Shown here piece after piece: positions 16,372-24,933 of a stretch of 33,022 nt of DNA. Numbering within the stretch: the stretch's first letter is position 1; every line of letters starts with the position of its first letter. Source of the DNA: Thermoplasmataceae archaeon. GTDB lineage: Archaea; Thermoplasmatota; Thermoplasmata; Thermoplasmatales; Thermoplasmataceae. The position numbers were made by a program, and so were the translations under genes. Under the pieces are notes generated by a model. It was not told the DNA's origin. It searched no databases and saw nothing but the letters and a program-made list of their open reading frames with translations. The stretch is from NCBI GenBank assembly GCA_046705445.1, contig JBJKQJ010000181.1, forward strand, positions 1 to 33,022, read 5' to 3'.

Positions 16372-17382
16372 TCAGACTTCTATCATAATTCTGCCCATTG
16401 ACATCTTGCTTTTCATTTCAGAGAATGCTTCGTTCACATTTTCAAGATGGATTGTCCTGTGAACAACTGCCTTAATTTTTCCACTGGCGCTGAGGTCTAG
16501 AGCAGCTTTCATGTCTTCCTTAGTTGAGCTTATGCTTCCAGTCACAGAGTTACCTTTGAGAATTGCAAGGCCCAGAGGGAACGGTACAGGTGTGGGGTCA
16601 ACGTTTCCAACCACTACCATTCTCCCTCCAGGTCTCAAGCTTCTCAATGTTTTTTCGAATGTAGGAAGTCCTACGCTTTCAAGCGCAAGATGCACACCAT
16701 CTCCAGTCTGCTCTTTCAGTTCTTTGTCAAAGTTGTCTGAAGTAAGCACTAGGTCTGCTCCGAGAGAATATAGCTTTTCAGCCTTCCAGGAAGATGAGGT
16801 CTTAGCGATAACATAAGCTCCGAGGGCCTTGGAAAGCTGGACAGCGTGAGTTCCAACTCCACCGCCTGCACCAGAAATAAGGATCTTTTCACCCTCAACG
16901 AGGTTTCCGACTCGCTTGATTGCATTGTAGAGCATGCCTGTGACACAGGCCGCAATTGAGGCTTCCGCTTCCCCGACTCCATCAGGAACCTTGACCAAGG
17001 AATTTTGGGTAACCTTCACATAACTTGAATAACCTCCGTTTTTGGCCTCTCCAAAAGTTTTCTTGTAGGGGCAAATATTTTCCCTTCCGGAAATGCAGAA
17101 TTCGCACTGCCCGCAGGGTGTATATATAAGGCTTGAAACTCGGTCTCCAGGTTTAAAATCAGTTACTTCATTTCCGACTGCCTCGACAATACCGGAAATC
17201 TCATGCCCCGGAATTATAGGCAAATTTACCCTGGGGAAGAAACCGTCCTGTGTGAGAATGTCTCTGTAGCAGATGCCAGTAAGCCTCTGCCTTATCAGCA
17301 ATTCATTTCCAGAGATCTCAGGTATTCCAACATCTTCCGTAACAAGCGGCTTTTTTAGTTCCCTAAGTACCGCGGCCATCAT
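16372..17382 (-). CDS. adh: Zinc-dependent alcohol dehydrogenase (MDR family)
   Basis: 336 aa. GHEISGIVEAVG catalytic-Zn motif, structural-Zn CGQCEFCISGRENIC, and Rossmann motif GAGGGVG. Confidence 0.85.
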   Translation of the reverse strand: MMAAVLRELKKPLVTEDVGIPEISGNELLIRQRLTGICYRDILTQDGFFPRVNLPIIPGHEISGIVEAVGNEVTDFKPGDRVSSLIYTPCGQCEFCISGRENICPYKKTFGEAKNGGYSSYVKVTQNSLVKVPDGVGEAEASIAACVTGMLYNAIKRVGNLVEGEKILISGAGGGVGTHAVQLSKALGAYVIAKTSSSWKAEKLYSLGADLVLTSDNFDKELKEQTGDGVHLALESVGLPTFEKTLRSLRPGGRMVVVGNVDPTPVPFPLGLAILKGNSVTGSISSTKEDMKAALDLSASGKIKAVVHRTIHLENVNEAFSEMKSKMSMGRIMIEV

Positions 17383-17446
17383 AACTTAGAATAATTTACA
17401 AATATAAATGATATAGTTTCCTATAGGTTCATAACTGAGTGATTCA

Positions 17447-18172
17447 ATGTTCAACCTGAGGTATTCCCGTGAAATAGCCCTGAAGGAGATTTCTGTAAAT
17501 GGTTACGAAGAGCTGAGCAAATCTGCAATTTGTGTTGTAGGCATCGGAGCAACAGGCTCTCCAGTGACAGATCTATTTGTCAGGGCAGGTGTGGGTAAGC
17601 TTAGGATAATCGACGGGGATACTGTTGATATTAGCAATCTCCATAGGCAGGTGCTATACTCTGAGGGACAGACGGGAGAAAAGAAAGTCAAGGCCGCGAT
17701 GGACAGGCTCTCTTCCATTAACAGTTCATGCAGTATTGAGCCAGTAGACATGTTTCTCACAGAAGAAAATGCGGAGGAGTTGCTCAAAGGATGCCACATT
17801 GTGATAGATGGAACTGATAACATGGAGACACGCAGGATTATAAACAGACACTGCGTGAAAAATAGGATTCCCTGGGTATTCATCTCTTCTATTGGAACCG
17901 TTGCACAGGTTAAATCTGTTATTCCGGGAAAGACATCCTGTCTTGACTGTTTTGTTGATGAAAATGCCAATTATACTATGAGCTGTGAGGAAACCGGTGT
18001 TCTGGCATCCTCGCCCATAATTGCCTCCTCAATAGCCTGGACAGCGGCTTTGAGAATTCTGACCGGCAAGGAAGAAAGTGGCGATCTGATCTTTGTTGAT
18101 CCATGGAATCATATCTACGAAACAATACATATAAAACGCAAAGAAGACTGCATAACTTGCAGTAAATTGTGA
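17447..18172 (+). CDS. moeB: ThiF/MoeB/UbaA-type E1-like adenylyltransferase (no rhodanese domain)
   Basis: 241 aa. GIGATGS nucleotide loop, DGDTVDISNLHRQ motif, and two CxxC pairs (CLDC, CITC) forming the usual Zn site. Confidence 0.8.
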   Translation: MFNLRYSREIALKEISVNGYEELSKSAICVVGIGATGSPVTDLFVRAGVGKLRIIDGDTVDISNLHRQVLYSEGQTGEKKVKAAMDRLSSINSSCSIEPVDMFLTEENAEELLKGCHIVIDGTDNMETRRIINRHCVKNRIPWVFISSIGTVAQVKSVIPGKTSCLDCFVDENANYTMSCEETGVLASSPIIASSIAWTAALRILTGKEESGDLIFVDPWNHIYETIHIKRKEDCITCSKL

Positions 18173-18182
18173 AGGAAACTCA

Positions 18183-18836
18183 ATGATTAAAGCAGTTATT
18201 TTTGACCTTGACGGAACAATCATGAATTCCAAGATGTTGAGAGTGGAAGCTTGGAAACACGCATTCCACGCACATGGAGTTGAACTTACTGATGAACAGA
18301 TTAATCCTCTTATCGGATTGCCCGGCCCGGATCTTGCTGGGAAATTCTCTCCCAAGGCTTTTGAAATTGAAATGGAGGAAGAGAAATACTTCAGAGCACA
18401 TCTGGAAAAACTGGAATTATACGGTGATGTTGAGGACACTTTCAGGAGACTTGAAAAAAGTGGGATCAGAACTGGTGTAGTGACTTCTTCAAGAAAGGCG
18501 TTAATGGATATTCTTAACCTGCCATTCAAACCCGTAGTGACAATAGATGATGTGGAACTCGGAAAACCCGATCCTGAGCCCTATATCAAGATACTGAAAC
18601 AATTGAAGGTTGATCCGCAGAATGCGATGTTTGTGGGTGATGCAGAAACTGATCTCATACCAGCGAGGGAGATCGGGTCAGTCTCAGTGTATATAGGCCA
18701 TGGGAATGTAAAATTCTCATCTTATGCTGACTATTATGTAGACGAAGTCCGGGAAACGGAAAGGCTAGTGGAAAAGCTTAACGATGACCAGAAAAGAGAG
18801 GATGGCAATAAATCACCACGAACTGTGCAGAAATAA
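18183..18836 (+). CDS. HAD-superfamily phosphatase (subfamily IA-like)
   Basis: 217 aa. Motif I FDLDGT, motif II VVTSS, motif III K-P-x-P-E-P (GKPDPEPY), motif IV GDAETD. Confidence 0.8.
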   Translation: MIKAVIFDLDGTIMNSKMLRVEAWKHAFHAHGVELTDEQINPLIGLPGPDLAGKFSPKAFEIEMEEEKYFRAHLEKLELYGDVEDTFRRLEKSGIRTGVVTSSRKALMDILNLPFKPVVTIDDVELGKPDPEPYIKILKQLKVDPQNAMFVGDAETDLIPAREIGSVSVYIGHGNVKFSSYADYYVDEVRETERLVEKLNDDQKREDGNKSPRTVQK

Positions 18837-18850
18837 TTCCCGGGAAAAAA

Positions 18851-20695
18851 TCAGTATCTTTTGAATCCTTCACGGTTAATTATTTTTTGAACAATTTCTA
18901 GCTTTTTCTCCGGGATGATGTAAACCGCATTCAAGTTACATATGTGTTGGGTTTTAAGGCCATATTTATTCGCAATCTCCAGAGTAGTGATGCCGAATTC
19001 TGCCTTTCCCTTCTTTACCAATTCTGCAGATCCTTCTAAACCAACCGCCTCGTAAAATGTGAGTATGTGACCGACGACTTCGTTTATTTCATTCAGAGCT
19101 CCGCCAGCGTAAACGATATTTTTCAGAAGCCTCACAGATGGGCCTGCCAGGGACTTTCCTGATTTAATATCATGAACGGCATTCCCCGAATTTTCATTAG
19201 GACTTCTAGAGCATAATACCAGTTCTGTTTTTCTGCCAAGATAAAGCAGGTGCTTAAAAGAATCAGACTGGTCCTTTATGTAGAGACCAAGATCTACATC
19301 GTCTGCAGCAATAAATGAACCAATATCTGAATCACCATTGGAGAGTGACAATATACAATCTCTTGGAAGCATCCTCCTGTATTCCCATTTCTCCTCCTCC
19401 ATCCGTAGTTCATCAGAAATGCCTTCAAGAAGCATTCCAGATATCACAATATCCCCCTGGCTGATCTCATTGTTCCAGAGTATGGCGTCTATCTGTTTTC
19501 CCGATTCAAGAAATTTTGTGTTCCCTGAAATTGAAAGAAATCCAGAGGTGGATGCGAATCTAGTGATAGAGCCGGAAAGGCCAGTAACTGGGTAAATCCT
19601 CAAACCTTCTCTGTTTGAGACCGATACAGGTATCAGGTTCTGCTTCCCCATTTCAAGCCTAAGGTTCACCCCGAGGCTTCCAGTTTTTCTGGATGGGATT
19701 CTATGGGAGCCGGCCGCACTTAGCAAGGGAATCAGGAAAATGGACCTGAATATCATCAATGCTGAGACAGGTAAACCAGGGAGACCAATGATAATTTTAG
19801 TTCCGCTTTTCCCGAGAACAGTTGGCAGGCCAGGTTTTACAAGAACCCCATGGAATATCATGCCTGGATCAAATTCTTCTATGATCCTGTAAACCAGGTC
19901 AGACTCTCCCGCTGAACTTCCTCCTGAGAGGATGACAACATCGCTTTCCTCCATTGATTGTATTATTGCCTTCTTAATCTTGTCATAGTCATCCCTGACG
20001 ATTCCCAGATAGGAAGCGTTCACACAGTTGAATGAACTGAGCTCAGATGAAACAACCACTCCATTTGCATCATTAATTTTACCTTCTGAATATGGTTCGT
20101 TGTAGCTGATGAGCTCATTACCCGTCGAAATGACTTTCACTCTGAGCTTTCGTGTAACAGGCACTTTAGATATTCCAAGGGATGCGAGCACAGCAATATC
20201 ATGTGTTTCAAGTTCTTTCCCAGCCGCAAGAAGAAGCTCTGATTCCGCAATATCGCTGCCGCTTTCAGCAATGTTTTCACCTGGGCCAACAGATTCGTAA
20301 ACTTCCACGAACCCATCCTTTTCCTGCGTAGATTCTACCTTCACCACCGCATCTGACCCTGCAGGGACGATTGCGCCAGTGGAAATCTTGAAACAGTTTC
20401 CTTCTCCGACCATGGTTTTTCTGGCATCGCCGATATAAGATTCCCCCGAGATCTTGAGACTTGCAGGAGAATCAGTTGAGGCATTTTCAACCATATTGGA
20501 GCGAACAGCATAACCATCCATTGTGGCCCGGTTAAAAGGCGGGTTATTCCTGGGAGCATAAACGTTTGTGGCAAGAATTCTGCCCAGAGACTCCTTCAAA
20601 TCTGCTTCCTCAGTTTCACTTATCTTTTCTATAGAGGCCTTGGCCAATTCAACAGCCTGCTGAAAACTAACCAATTTCTTGTAAACTGACTTCAT
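18851..20695 (-). CDS. moeA: Molybdopterin molybdenum/tungsten insertase MoeA fused to a C-terminal periplasmic-binding-protein-like domain
   Basis: 614 aa. N-terminal about 410 aa is MoeA (PPFNRATMDGYAVRS, ISTGNEL, LSGGSSAGESD). C-terminal about 200 aa resembles the COG1910-type PBP-like domain fused to MoeA in some archaea. The ATGA start overlaps the upstream moeA stop. Confidence 0.8.
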   Translation of the reverse strand: MKSVYKKLVSFQQAVELAKASIEKISETEEADLKESLGRILATNVYAPRNNPPFNRATMDGYAVRSNMVENASTDSPASLKISGESYIGDARKTMVGEGNCFKISTGAIVPAGSDAVVKVESTQEKDGFVEVYESVGPGENIAESGSDIAESELLLAAGKELETHDIAVLASLGISKVPVTRKLRVKVISTGNELISYNEPYSEGKINDANGVVVSSELSSFNCVNASYLGIVRDDYDKIKKAIIQSMEESDVVILSGGSSAGESDLVYRIIEEFDPGMIFHGVLVKPGLPTVLGKSGTKIIIGLPGLPVSALMIFRSIFLIPLLSAAGSHRIPSRKTGSLGVNLRLEMGKQNLIPVSVSNREGLRIYPVTGLSGSITRFASTSGFLSISGNTKFLESGKQIDAILWNNEISQGDIVISGMLLEGISDELRMEEEKWEYRRMLPRDCILSLSNGDSDIGSFIAADDVDLGLYIKDQSDSFKHLLYLGRKTELVLCSRSPNENSGNAVHDIKSGKSLAGPSVRLLKNIVYAGGALNEINEVVGHILTFYEAVGLEGSAELVKKGKAEFGITTLEIANKYGLKTQHICNLNAVYIIPEKKLEIVQKIINREGFKRY

Positions 20696-21912
20696 ATAAC
20701 GTCACCAAATAGCTTTACCACGACTGCGCTTTCTGCCGGATACCCTTCCACGTTATCTGGTACCAAAAGAGTACCGGTTGAATTCAAAATGGACCCCAGA
20801 GATCCCGTCCCTTTTGTTTTTACAATTTCCACAGCACCATTCTCTTGGGTTGCGGTATATTTCACTCTGAAAACAGTTGTATAGCCCGCCCGGTTTGTTA
20901 GTGGCGATTTGAGTTTGCCAGTTACACACTGTCGGTATTCTTCTATTCCTGTCACTTTTTTCAGGTACTCTTCAAAATATACATCGAAGGAAAGAAGTGA
21001 AGGCACCGGTATGCCTGATACCGAGAAAACAGGCTTACCTTCAACCTCATACAGAGTAAGCGTTCTCCCGGGCCTCAACATGGATCCTGCAAAAATTACA
21101 TTTCCAACACCATCCATTGCTTCCGGAACTTCATCCTTTCCTCCAAGGCTGGTGCCTCCTGTTACAATGACGCAATCATATTCCCCGAGGGCTCTCTTCA
21201 CCAGGTCACGTATCTCATCAACCTTGTCATGAGACATTCCGGCGTCCTGCGCGCTGAGAAAAGGCCTGTTAAGGTAGTTTGTATAGATTCTTTGTGTGGT
21301 ATTGGGAATAAATCCCTGTGTACCCTCAAAAAGCTCATTGCCGGTGGAAATAATGCCCACTTTCAGTTTTTTGTAAACTTCTATACGGTTAACGCCTGAA
21401 CTCAACAATGCGGATATATGCCAAGGACGCACCCTTTCAGCCCTACTGATCAAAATGGACTTAGCTCTGATATCGTCGCCTTTTTTCTCTATATTCTCCC
21501 ATAGCTTCACAGGCTTGAAAATACTAATCTTATCCCCAGAAATATCTGCGTCTTCCGCCATCACTACTGCGTCATAGTCGGAAGGCAGTATCCCACCAGT
21601 GTAAATTTCTGTGCAGTGTTGTTCCAGAAATTCTGTGTACGTGGATGAACCTGCTTCAATTGTACCATTAAGGCTGAATTTGACGGGATTGGTTTCTGAG
21701 GCCATAGAACAGTCTCTGGAACGAACAGCATATCCGTCAACCAGGCTTCTGTTCCAGCCGGGGACATCCTCTTTTGCTTCCACTCGGGAAGAGACTATTC
21801 TTCCCGAAGCAGTCCCAGACTCGATATATTCAGTTCCCAATGGCTTCCATAGGGTTGATTGTATTCTAGCAACTGCTTCTGAGTAGGGAATCAGTTCGAT
21901 AAATCTCCCCAT
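20692..21912 (-). CDS. moeA: Molybdopterin insertase MoeA (stand-alone paralogue)
   Basis: 406 aa with SLVDGYAVRS, ISTGNEL and VTGGTSLGGKD motifs. Confidence 0.85.
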   Translation of the reverse strand: MGRFIELIPYSEAVARIQSTLWKPLGTEYIESGTASGRIVSSRVEAKEDVPGWNRSLVDGYAVRSRDCSMASETNPVKFSLNGTIEAGSSTYTEFLEQHCTEIYTGGILPSDYDAVVMAEDADISGDKISIFKPVKLWENIEKKGDDIRAKSILISRAERVRPWHISALLSSGVNRIEVYKKLKVGIISTGNELFEGTQGFIPNTTQRIYTNYLNRPFLSAQDAGMSHDKVDEIRDLVKRALGEYDCVIVTGGTSLGGKDEVPEAMDGVGNVIFAGSMLRPGRTLTLYEVEGKPVFSVSGIPVPSLLSFDVYFEEYLKKVTGIEEYRQCVTGKLKSPLTNRAGYTTVFRVKYTATQENGAVEIVKTKGTGSLGSILNSTGTLLVPDNVEGYPAESAVVVKLFGDVI

Positions 21913-21941
21913 TTTCCTTCTTATTCTTTCCAGAGAAGCAC

Positions 21942-22430
21942 CTACCTGTTCAGTTCATGATGTATGTGATCAATTTCTTTCAATATGATTTCCTTGACTC
22001 CCAATTCTGCCCCTTTAGGCGATCCGGGAAGGCAAAAGACCGGTTTCCTCAAAACAACGAAAGCAGATGCCCTCGACAGAGATGCAGATGCTCCTATTTC
22101 CTGGAAAGAGAGCAATGCGAAGACATGGCCGAATCCTTTCATTTCATATTCCGCAAGACCGGATACCGTTTCAATTGTAACATCGTGTTTTGTAATACCA
22201 GTGCCGCCGGAAATTATGACGGCGTCAGAATCCCCAAGGAATTCCACCACATTTCTTCTGATATCGTCAGCATTGTCCTTCACCACCTCATATCTCGAAA
22301 CTTGGTGCCCATTTTCCTTCAGGAGCGATATTATCTTTGATCCTGCCTCATCTGATTTAACGTCCCTAGTTGAGCTGCAGACTAGAACACCGAATTTTGC
22401 CTTGAAGTTCTCAATCCTATGTTCATGCAT
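21942..22430 (-). CDS. moaB: Molybdenum cofactor biosynthesis protein MoaB (MogA-like MPT adenylyltransferase)
   Basis: 162 aa. Sequence ...VIISGGTGITKHDVTIE...CLPGSP... is typical of MoaB/MogA. Confidence 0.85.
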   Translation of the reverse strand: MHEHRIENFKAKFGVLVCSSTRDVKSDEAGSKIISLLKENGHQVSRYEVVKDNADDIRRNVVEFLGDSDAVIISGGTGITKHDVTIETVSGLAEYEMKGFGHVFALLSFQEIGASASLSRASAFVVLRKPVFCLPGSPKGAELGVKEIILKEIDHIHHELNR

Positions 22431-22854
22431 GGCCCTTCTCCTTGGTTTCCACTTTTATATCGTGAATCACAGTCACAGGATAATTCCCGGTTTCATCCTT
22501 TTCAATGTACTTTACCATATCCCATATTGTAAGTAGGGCAGAAGATACGCAGCTCAACGCATCCATTTCCACTCCAGTTTTCCAGTTGGCGAGGACCCCG
22601 CAACCGACTGTTACCTCATTTCCCCTAATCTCCATATCAAAATCTACGCTTTCCAGAGGAATCTGGTGACAGTACGGCATTCTGCTCCAGGCTTCCTTGG
22701 CACCCTGAATGCCAGCTATCTTTGCAGAAGTAAACACATCTCCTTTCTTCACAGAGCCTTCCTTAATGGCATTGACAGTCTCAGGCTTAAGGGTGATCTT
22801 CCCGGAAGCTTTGGCAAATCTTCTTACGATGGATTTGTCTGAGATATTAATCAT
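22423..22854 (-). CDS. moaC: Cyclic pyranopterin monophosphate synthase MoaC
   Basis: 143 aa with KGDVFTSAKIAGIQGAK, PYCHQIPL and TGVEMDAL...IWDMVK motifs. Confidence 0.9.
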   Translation of the reverse strand: MINISDKSIVRRFAKASGKITLKPETVNAIKEGSVKKGDVFTSAKIAGIQGAKEAWSRMPYCHQIPLESVDFDMEIRGNEVTVGCGVLANWKTGVEMDALSCVSSALLTIWDMVKYIEKDETGNYPVTVIHDIKVETKEKGHA

Positions 22855-22938
22855 AATACCTGTTTATGTTGATAAAAGATAAAGATATTGTTCATAGGGG
22901 TAACAAATTAAGGTCCATTTTGTATTTCAGTATTGAGA

Positions 22939-23466
22939 ATGATTGCAATCATACCAGTTAAACTGTCGCAGAGGCTTCCACTCAAGCACCTTCTCCAATT
23001 TAATGGCAGGACAATAATAGAAGGTGTATACGATAAGGTGTCAGAAGTCTTTGAAACGTTGGTGTATTCAAAAATTGAACTTCCGGTTCCTTATGTCAGA
23101 GATGACTCTGAAAACATAATGGAACTGGTATACAGGTTGAGGAAGAAATATGGGTCCTTTGCCCTCATAGGAGGCGACATGGTATTTATCTCAAAGAACG
23201 ACCTCCATATTTTGAAAGAGTCATTCTCAGGAACATCAGTGGTACCCATCCATAAAGACGGCAGAATTGAACCCATGTTCAGCATATATGCAGGACAGGG
23301 AAATATAACAAGGAACCTCAGGGACGCCTTGATTTCGAGAGAAACCGTATTTATTCAATCCGAAAGGTTCAGCAAATATGCCTTTTACAACGTAAACACG
23401 GAAGAAGATTATGAAAAAGCCAAAGAGATTCTGAAAAGGATTACAAAGGAAAACAAAGAAAAATAA
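22939..23466 (+). CDS. mobA: MobA-like nucleotidyltransferase (probable Moco guanylyltransferase; divergent N-terminal loop)
   Basis: IGGDMVFISKNDL, VVPIHKDGRIEPMFSIY and FYNVNTEEDY match the MobA patterns (CDxPF, P...G...PL.a.Y, N-x-N-T-x-E-D). The N-terminus IIPVKLSQRLPLKHLL replaces the usual LAGG-x-S-x-RMG loop. ATG at 22939 preferred over the track TTG at 22933. Confidence 0.6.
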   Translation: MIAIIPVKLSQRLPLKHLLQFNGRTIIEGVYDKVSEVFETLVYSKIELPVPYVRDDSENIMELVYRLRKKYGSFALIGGDMVFISKNDLHILKESFSGTSVVPIHKDGRIEPMFSIYAGQGNITRNLRDALISRETVFIQSERFSKYAFYNVNTEEDYEKAKEILKRITKENKEK

Positions 23467-23482
23467 AAAAAAATTTTTGGGA

Positions 23483-24079
23483 TTAAACCCAAAGTCCAAT
23501 TCCCATTGCGAGGTTGGCGACTGCTGCGAACATAAGATACATAAGCCATATACCGGTTATCACGTGCCAGAATCCTTTGATTCTGACCCAGCTTCTCTTC
23601 TCCGTCAAGCTTGCCGGTATGTCTGATATGTAAACGAATGCAAGCAGTACAAACAGTATTCCTACTGGGGTGTCCGTTCCATTGTGCAAGAACACTATGG
23701 CACCCACTATGGAAATCCATAGGAATGCGAACGCCATGTACCCGTCAATTCGCATGTCTGCGCCCTTATACCTGTTATACCCGAGGGCAAACCAGTGTAC
23801 ACCATATGCGGTGAAAGCGAGCGCAGCCATATAAAGAGGCGAAAATCCGCCACTTGTTGGTCCGAAGGCACTGGGGAATATTGTCAATCCAAGCCAAAGA
23901 TACGTTCCAGTAAGAAACTGGAGGAATCCCGGCATCCAAATACCCCACTGACCCAAAGACTTGTTCAGTTCTGGTGACTTTTCTGGCTTACCTAGAATCT
24001 CCCACGGGCCATAAATCAAATAACCCGTGCCGAGTCCCATAAAGCCTAAAGCAACTGGAGCTAGTGCAGCTACTGCCAT
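23483..24079 (-). CDS. GPR1/FUN34/YaaH (SatP/AceTr)-like 6-TM short-chain carboxylate channel
   Basis: 198 aa. LAPVALGFMGLGTG aligns by eye with the SatP N-terminal NPAPLGLMGFGMTT. LQFLTG...ALAFTAYGVHWFALG aligns with AQIFAG...TAFTSYGSFWLTL. Size and 6-TM layout fit. Confidence 0.55.
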   Translation of the reverse strand: MAVAALAPVALGFMGLGTGYLIYGPWEILGKPEKSPELNKSLGQWGIWMPGFLQFLTGTYLWLGLTIFPSAFGPTSGGFSPLYMAALAFTAYGVHWFALGYNRYKGADMRIDGYMAFAFLWISIVGAIVFLHNGTDTPVGILFVLLAFVYISDIPASLTEKRSWVRIKGFWHVITGIWLMYLMFAAVANLAMGIGLWV

Positions 24080-24305
24080 TTTAAACCTAAATATAATGTG
24101 GTAAGCTATATATAAGACTTTTTTATCGCCTGCTCAGAAAAGTCGTGTAGGACTAAAAAATTTGCAACTCCTATGCGCAGGAATGGCTGCTATGGGGAGT
24201 TTAGATGCAATTTACTTTTTAATATACTAATTGTATATAAAATATATCAATTTGATATAATCTAGAATACTTTGTACTCCAAAAACTGGCAGTATTTGGG
24301 AAAAA

Positions 24306-24713
24306 CTAATCTCTCCATTTTTCACTGCCTTCAGGCGTAACATCTTTTTTCCAGATTGGAACTCTGGTTTTAATTTCATCTATTACAAATTCGCACGCCC
24401 TAAAAGCTTCTTTACGGTGAGGTGCCGAACAGCATATGGCTACAGAATCTTCTTTCAGTTTTACATTGCCGAGCCTGTGTACAACATTAATTTCAATCAC
24501 ATCATATTTATGGAGTGCTTCCTGGAGAATCTCATTAATAGTTTTGATGGCCATCTCCCTGTAGCTTTCATAAGTCAATGATTCTACCTCCAGATCGCCA
24601 GTCATTCTTCTTACTGTGCCCTGGAAGGTCACAAGGGCCCCTGCATTATTGTTCCTGGTTCGTTCTATGAGGCTGTAAACATCAATGGGGGATTCTGTGA
24701 TCTCTATCGACAT
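24306..24713 (-). CDS. moaE: Molybdopterin synthase catalytic subunit MoaE
   Basis: 135 aa with GALVTFQGTVR, ...SAPHRKEAFRACEFVIDEIKTRVPIWKK... Confidence 0.9.
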   Translation of the reverse strand: MSIEITESPIDVYSLIERTRNNNAGALVTFQGTVRRMTGDLEVESLTYESYREMAIKTINEILQEALHKYDVIEINVVHRLGNVKLKEDSVAICCSAPHRKEAFRACEFVIDEIKTRVPIWKKDVTPEGSEKWRD

Positions 24714-24933
24714 GTAAAAAAAGCAAGTTGTATGCAGTTCATAAATGCTTCGCGCTGAATAACATCATAAATATACTTCGAGAATTGTGTATCTGTTGTA
24801 GACCACATTTTATAATATATCTAATTTGTAATGGTTATATAGAAAGAGTGCTTATTGTTTGTGAAGGGAATAATAAGCTGAGTTTCCTGATCCATAGCAC
24901 ACATTTAAGCCTGAAAATAGGGGATGAAACTAC

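Noticed and set aside
23460-23485. A9T5 tract and TTTGGG-attaaa-CCCAAA hairpin between the convergent mobA-like and SatP-like genes, as a bidirectional terminator
   Set aside because: This is plausible, but the stem is only 6 bp and overlaps the last codons of the SatP-like gene. The oligo-T/A tract alone probably suffices for archaeal termination, so I do not list it as a separate feature.
23483-24079. Initial reading of the 198-aa 6-TM protein as an AmiS/UreI urea/amide channel
   Set aside because: Size, the C-terminal ...LWV and one loop looked UreI-like. However, the N-terminal APVALGFMGLG block and the AFTAYGVHWFALG block match the SatP/YaaH signatures much better. UreI is kept only as an alternative to exclude by HMM search.
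24080-24305. Possible ncRNA or operator in the 226-nt spacer. It holds an inverted repeat with 8-bp arms, TATATCAA-t-TTGATATA, at 24243-24259, and nested 5-bp helices at about 24130-24195.
   Set aside because: The region is very AT-rich, where such palindromes arise easily. The helices are only 5 bp with long loops. There is no supporting conservation information, so I do not call it a feature.
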